Shown here: in pieces, positions 8,154-11,539 of the stretch
Position numbering within the stretch: position 1 is the first letter of the stretch
Layout of the letters: the number at the start of each line of letters is the position of its first letter
Assembly: GCA_038207085.1 (NCBI GenBank)
Contig: JBBRAE010000056.1
Location: forward strand, 1 to 11,539
DNA length: 11,539 nucleotides
Direction: 5' to 3'
Origin: Armatimonadota bacterium
Lineage (GTDB): Bacteria; Armatimonadota; UBA5829; DTLH01
Made by a program: the position numbers and the translations under genes
Notes under the pieces: model-generated
Told to the model about the DNA's origin: nothing
Database searches by the model: none
The model's input: the letters and a program-made list of their open reading frames with translations, nothing else

Positions 8154-8234
8154 ACCCTAACCTGCATTATTCACGAGGAGCGTGAATAATGCTTTGCTAG
8201 CCCGCTTTATTTACTTCACGAATAAAGCGGGCTA
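8154..8234. repeat. Tandem pair of REP-like palindromes, family copies 2 and 3
   Basis: GCATTATTCACG-aggag-CGTGAATAATGC (8164-8192, 12-bp stem) and TAGCCCGCTTTATT-tacttcacg-AATAAAGCGGGCTA (8198-8234, 14-bp stem). Confidence 0.75.
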
Positions 8235-8590
8235 ACCATACATTACCCACTGTAGGGATCGTCCAACGTGTCGTCTTTCTATGCTCGTATGCAGCGGTGC
8301 GCCAAGCTAAGCTCACCTGATTCACCGGCCTGAGATTGGCCGGTCTGTATTTGCTCATTCGGCAGATAGCGCACGGTCCGTGGCGGCGGGTAACTTCTGT
8401 TATGGAGCGACCGATAGCGCGATTGTGCGGGTCATAGCGATAAGCGAACCCAATTCGGCCTCGTTAATACAAAGTGACAGTCGGCCGACCTCCCGCAGGT
8501 GGTGAAGTCTGTAACCATTCTGGTAGCACAGAGTGGGCTGTCCGGGGTGCAAGGGGATGACACGTGCATCGGGGTCAGGTGGGAACTTGG

Positions 8591-8654
8591 GTATGCGGCG
8601 GAAACGCCGGTTTCGTCCAATGATGGAATTACAGACAAGACAAGTTCCCGCAGC
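8591..8654. repeat. 60-bp inverted-repeat site, copy B (degenerate left arm)
   Basis: gtat-GCGGCGGAAAC (8595-8605), then 38 nt, then GTTCCCGCAGC (8644-8654). Confidence 0.65.
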
Positions 8655-8733
8655 CTAGAAGAACAAAAGGCTCAGTCCCCTTATTTCCTAGAAATCATCG
8701 AAACTACACCAGTTGAGCACGAATTCCACGCGT

Positions 8734-8773
8734 AAAACGCCAAAAGCGCCGGGATTTGCATCACCGGCGCTTT
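8734..8773 (-). terminator. Intrinsic terminator-like hairpin (possibly bidirectional)
   Basis: AAAGCGCCGG (8743-8752) pairs with CCGGCGCTTT (8764-8773). On the minus strand the GC stem is followed by TTTTGGCGTTTT, downstream of the three-gene unit. Confidence 0.65.
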
Positions 8774-8886
8774 CAATAGAGAGAAGCCTTATTCAGGCTT
8801 AAATGGTGGAGGAAACGCTCCCTCCGCAAAAAGTGACGGCGGTTTTCTCTCAAGTCCAAGAAACGGACGACGGCAAGGCCCAGAAG

Positions 8887-9627
8887 CTATAGAGCAGCAC
8901 GCACAAGACCCGCGACGCACTCAAGATCGAGTAGGTCTGCTGCGAGTGCGTTAATCAATATTCTGTTGTAATATGGAGGTTCGTTGCAGTCGATGCTGTA
9001 CCAACCTACAGGCGTTACGTCATTGGGCAGCGCTTCACCGTAGTTGAACAACTGAACGAGGGTTGGCGCACCGTGTATCGAGGCGGCATGCAATGGCAGG
9101 TTTACCGAATCACGATCTTGTTTGTAGCTAAAGGGGTCAATCAACATATACACCACTGGATTGGCCGCTTTGCTCAGAGCCTCCGAGAATGACGACTGAC
9201 TAAACTTGTCCGAAAAGACCACCTCGGCATCTCCACCTTGGAATGTTGCGCCGAACGAACTGCGAAGTCGTTCCAAGTAAACGGGGAGTAATTCAGAAAC
9301 AAGAAGACTGGACCTCGGGAAGCCTTTGGAAAGCGCAGCAGCAATGCCCGGAGAGCATAAGTATTCGCCTTTATCCAAATAGGGCTGCTCGAACTGAAAG
9401 TAAAGGTCGCTTTCGCTTCTGGGCCTTATGGTCTGTGCCCTACCGTTGGGAAGCACAGCGTCGAACGCATAAGCATGCGTGTCCACGTACACCAGTTGCG
9501 CATCAGGGAGCTTTGAAGCCAGCAAGTAGAGCAGATCAACCAGCACCCGGTGCTTGATAACGTCCCCTCGGTTGCCCACATTGCCGTCTTGTTTGTTAGT
9601 TGTCATATTCGCGGCCAACTCTCTCAT
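8887..9627 (-). CDS. Divergent RlmJ-fold SAM-dependent methyltransferase-like protein
   Basis: GNRGDVIKHRVL (RlmJ GNxADVxKH), YVDTHAY (YxDTHAG), YLCSP (YPGSP), SELLP (ELHP) and LIDPFSY (LIDPPY) occur in the RlmJ order. The start overlaps the upstream stop (ATGA). Confidence 0.72.
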   Translation of the reverse strand: MRELAANMTTNKQDGNVGNRGDVIKHRVLVDLLYLLASKLPDAQLVYVDTHAYAFDAVLPNGRAQTIRPRSESDLYFQFEQPYLDKGEYLCSPGIAAALSKGFPRSSLLVSELLPVYLERLRSSFGATFQGGDAEVVFSDKFSQSSFSEALSKAANPVVYMLIDPFSYKQDRDSVNLPLHAASIHGAPTLVQLFNYGEALPNDVTPVGWYSIDCNEPPYYNRILINALAADLLDLECVAGLVRAAL

Positions 9628-10571
9628 CGCTCGCCAGGGCCAACATCAATGGCAGTGTTGCGATGGTATTCATCGCGCGCTCGATTAAGTGAGCCAAGCA
9701 CCCCGTTACGAACTTGCCGTAGTCCATCCGAGCCGAAGCCAACCGACGCTACGAACACTGCAGAGTTGTTCGCCCTGAACATACACCAAGTATAGTCGGT
9801 AGCCGGCCCGAGATCGAAACTTGCGGCGTACTCCTGCGCGTATCTTTCTGCTCTTGCCGGAAAGCGGTCTCTGTCTTGTTCGTTCGTAAACATGATAAAG
9901 AACGTCGGCACACTGTCCGGCAGCTGAGCGCGCAGGAATTCCAGATCGAACCGGTTCATGCGGTTATCGTGGTCGGCCTGCGGAACGTCGTCATCCAGTG
10001 CGTAGCTCATAGGGTCGCAGTATAGTATGCGCGCTGCCGGCTGCACATTCGCATTCGCAATGCCAGCCCTCGCCTGCTCCCAGAGTGCTGGGGCCCGAAA
10101 CGTGCCACGTCCGAGGCTCCCTTGGACATGATCTGGTGTCAGCCCTTGCCCGGGAATGACCCCAGGATCATGCAGGAAATCCTCGATCTCCGGCCACTTC
10201 ATTTCCTTGATTTCAAAGAGGGACGCCCAAACACGTCGTCCGCTGTCCCGAGCAGCCCTCGCTGCGAAAACTACGTGGCTTGGATAGAGGCATCTGTTTG
10301 CTGATCTGGAATCCTGTACGACTCTGAAGAACGGGCTGAGTCCAACCAATTGTTTGGGGATATCGTTCCTCCACAAGTCGCGGAACAGCCCTTCTTCTCT
10401 AAACGGTACGTTGAGCGGATTCATCGCGTGCGTATCCACGTAGTGAATCCACGAGGGCGAATCCACAGTATTGCAGACGTAGCGCATCGCCTCTGTCAAG
10501 ACAAGATGCTCTAGTGTTGTTCCAACATTTCCTCGTACAGCGCCTGGCACTCTTCCGCCTCCCTTCATCAA
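9624..10571 (-). CDS. Second, more divergent RlmJ-fold methyltransferase-like protein
   Basis: GNVGTTLEHLVL, YVDTHAM, LYPSH, LFEI and YCDPMSY are collinear with the neighbour's motifs. The start is TTG 10571 or ATG 10568. Confidence 0.6.
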   Translation of the reverse strand: MMKGGGRVPGAVRGNVGTTLEHLVLTEAMRYVCNTVDSPSWIHYVDTHAMNPLNVPFREEGLFRDLWRNDIPKQLVGLSPFFRVVQDSRSANRCLYPSHVVFAARAARDSGRRVWASLFEIKEMKWPEIEDFLHDPGVIPGQGLTPDHVQGSLGRGTFRAPALWEQARAGIANANVQPAARILYCDPMSYALDDDVPQADHDNRMNRFDLEFLRAQLPDSVPTFFIMFTNEQDRDRFPARAERYAQEYAASFDLGPATDYTWCMFRANNSAVFVASVGFGSDGLRQVRNGVLGSLNRARDEYHRNTAIDVGPGER

Positions 10572-10578
10572 TCGACTC

Positions 10579-11292
10579 TCAAGACATTATGCTATTAGAG
10601 AGTTTTCTCACATGCATTGTAGGGCCAACCATAACGGCTTCATTCGAGGAGATCGCGACCGTGATTCTTCCGGACAGCAACCCCGCCTGGTAGGATGGCC
10701 GGTAAGTTAGGATTTTCTCCGTCTGTGTCTCAGGTATATAGCCGATCTGCGCCATCATCATGGTTAGTCGGTCTCGAAACTGTGCGGGATCACTTACCGG
10801 AATCCGTCGCATCTCGCCTTTGAGGAAGAATGCCATTGTGAAGCCGAACAAAACACCAAAGCCCAGACCGCCCCATATACCGACAGATAGGACATTACCG
10901 AAGCTCATCCCGTTCATCTGTGCAAATAGCCAAGACCATAGTAATGCAAATGGAAGAGAGGTGACTCCAGCGATCATCGAAAACGTTCCCCAGAAACTGC
11001 GCGGCTGAAGCCCCGACATCAGGTCGGCATCGTGCTGCAACGTGCCCCGTTGGCCGCCAGTCTGTTGGCGCACTTCGCGGGAATGATCCGACTGCAACTC
11101 CCGCCCGCACGATGCGCAGAAATTGGCCTCACAAGGCAGACTCTTTCCACAATGAGAGCAGTGGCCGCCATATTGCGTGGGCAAACGTGGTTGGACTGAT
11201 TGCTCTGGCTGGGCAACGAAGGGGTGACTACAGCTATAGCACTCGCTTATGTTCGCCGGATTTGGTGCCCCACATTTTTCGCACTTCCTCAT
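10579..11292 (-). CDS. Double zinc-ribbon membrane protein
   Basis: Four CxxC motifs (CEKC, CYSC, CSHC, CASC), Q/P-rich linkers, two hydrophobic helices and a soluble C-terminal domain. ATG at 11292 has GGAG upstream (track start 11310). Confidence 0.8.
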   Translation of the reverse strand: MRKCEKCGAPNPANISECYSCSHPFVAQPEQSVQPRLPTQYGGHCSHCGKSLPCEANFCASCGRELQSDHSREVRQQTGGQRGTLQHDADLMSGLQPRSFWGTFSMIAGVTSLPFALLWSWLFAQMNGMSFGNVLSVGIWGGLGFGVLFGFTMAFFLKGEMRRIPVSDPAQFRDRLTMMMAQIGYIPETQTEKILTYRPSYQAGLLSGRITVAISSNEAVMVGPTMHVRKLSNSIMS

Positions 11293-11329
11293 CCCTATGT
11301 CTCCATACACATCCGCATTCTCGCTTCGG

Positions 11330-11427
11330 TGCTAACGCCCGCGCAATCAGGCAGGAGTGATAGACTGATTTAGCGAACATCACAAATCGTCATTATGAAA
11401 ATAAAGGGACTGAGCCCTTTGTTAAGC
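11330..11427 (-). other. Degenerate attC-like site
   Basis: The minus strand reads GCTTAAC-aaagg-GCTCAG ... CTGATTGC-gcgggc-GTTAGCA. This gives RYYYAAC and GTT ends with 5-nt and 6-nt spacers over 98 bp. L-box pairing is imperfect. Confidence 0.35.
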
Positions 11428-11432
11428 CTTTC

Positions 11433-11496
11433 GTATGCTGCGGGAACGTTTCCATTAGCCTTGACTATGGGCCTATTACCATGAAGTTCCCGCAGC
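11433..11496. repeat. 60-bp inverted-repeat site, copy A (perfect 11-bp arms)
   Basis: gtat-GCTGCGGGAAC (11437-11447), then 38 nt, then GTTCCCGCAGC (11486-11496). Confidence 0.75.
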
Positions 11497-11505
11497 GGTG
11501 GTAAC

Positions 11506-11530
11506 GGCTGGCACGGCGGCCCGCCACTAC
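11506..11530 (-). repeat. GTAG-type REP-like element
   Basis: The minus strand reads GTAG-T-GGCGGGC-cgccgt-GCCAGCC: a GTAG tetranucleotide followed by an imperfect GC hairpin. Confidence 0.55.
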
Positions 11531-11539
11531 ATTTAGCTG

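Noticed and set aside
8270..8370. c-di-AMP (ydaO) riboswitch on the minus strand, suggested by GCCGAAT and GGTGAATC and by the nearby cdaA
   Set aside because: The conserved GGRGGA and CCCG..CAGCTAAC segments are missing, so the match is too fragmentary.
8297..8374. tRNA gene
   Set aside because: No GTTCRA T-loop, no canonical D-arm and no CCA end. Kept only as an unclassified structure.
8432..8735. Short ORFs 8432-8638 (-) and 8499-8735 (+)
   Set aside because: No recognisable motifs or convincing ribosome-binding sites; they overlap each other and the repeat site.
8887..9627. Calling this gene canonical rlmJ
   Set aside because: DTHAG and DPPY are altered, the N-terminal YxHxFHAG motif is absent, and it sits beside a paralogue in accessory DNA.
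8595..11496. CRISPR array (GTTCCCGC resembles type I-E repeats and 38 nt is spacer-like)
   Set aside because: The arms are inverted rather than direct repeats, there are only two units 2.8 kb apart, and no cas genes are present.

Overview
The window is bacterial DNA with GC-rich core genes at about 186-8147 and an accessory-looking segment at about 8150-11539. From left to right: a partial BrnA-like antitoxin ORF; an ACT-domain plus DUF711/UPF0210 operon; an internally deleted marC remnant; a hicB-hicA module whose toxin is frameshifted; acyP and kdsA; a divergent cdaA-cdaR operon (c-di-AMP synthesis); and a two-gene, order-reversed equivalent of cyanobacterial ArgZ/AgrE (TIGR00300 protein plus arginine dihydrolase-like protein). 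The right end holds the best candidate for a new system. It is a minus-strand three-gene unit: a zinc-ribbon membrane protein and two tandem, highly divergent RlmJ-fold methyltransferase-like genes. It is bracketed by two directly oriented 60-bp sites of the form GCTGCGGGAAC-N38-GTTCCCGCAGC, with an attC-like site upstream and a terminator plus a possible tRNA/tmRNA 3' remnant downstream. REP-like palindromes occur in several intergenic gaps. All family calls come from motif recognition by eye; no searches were run.
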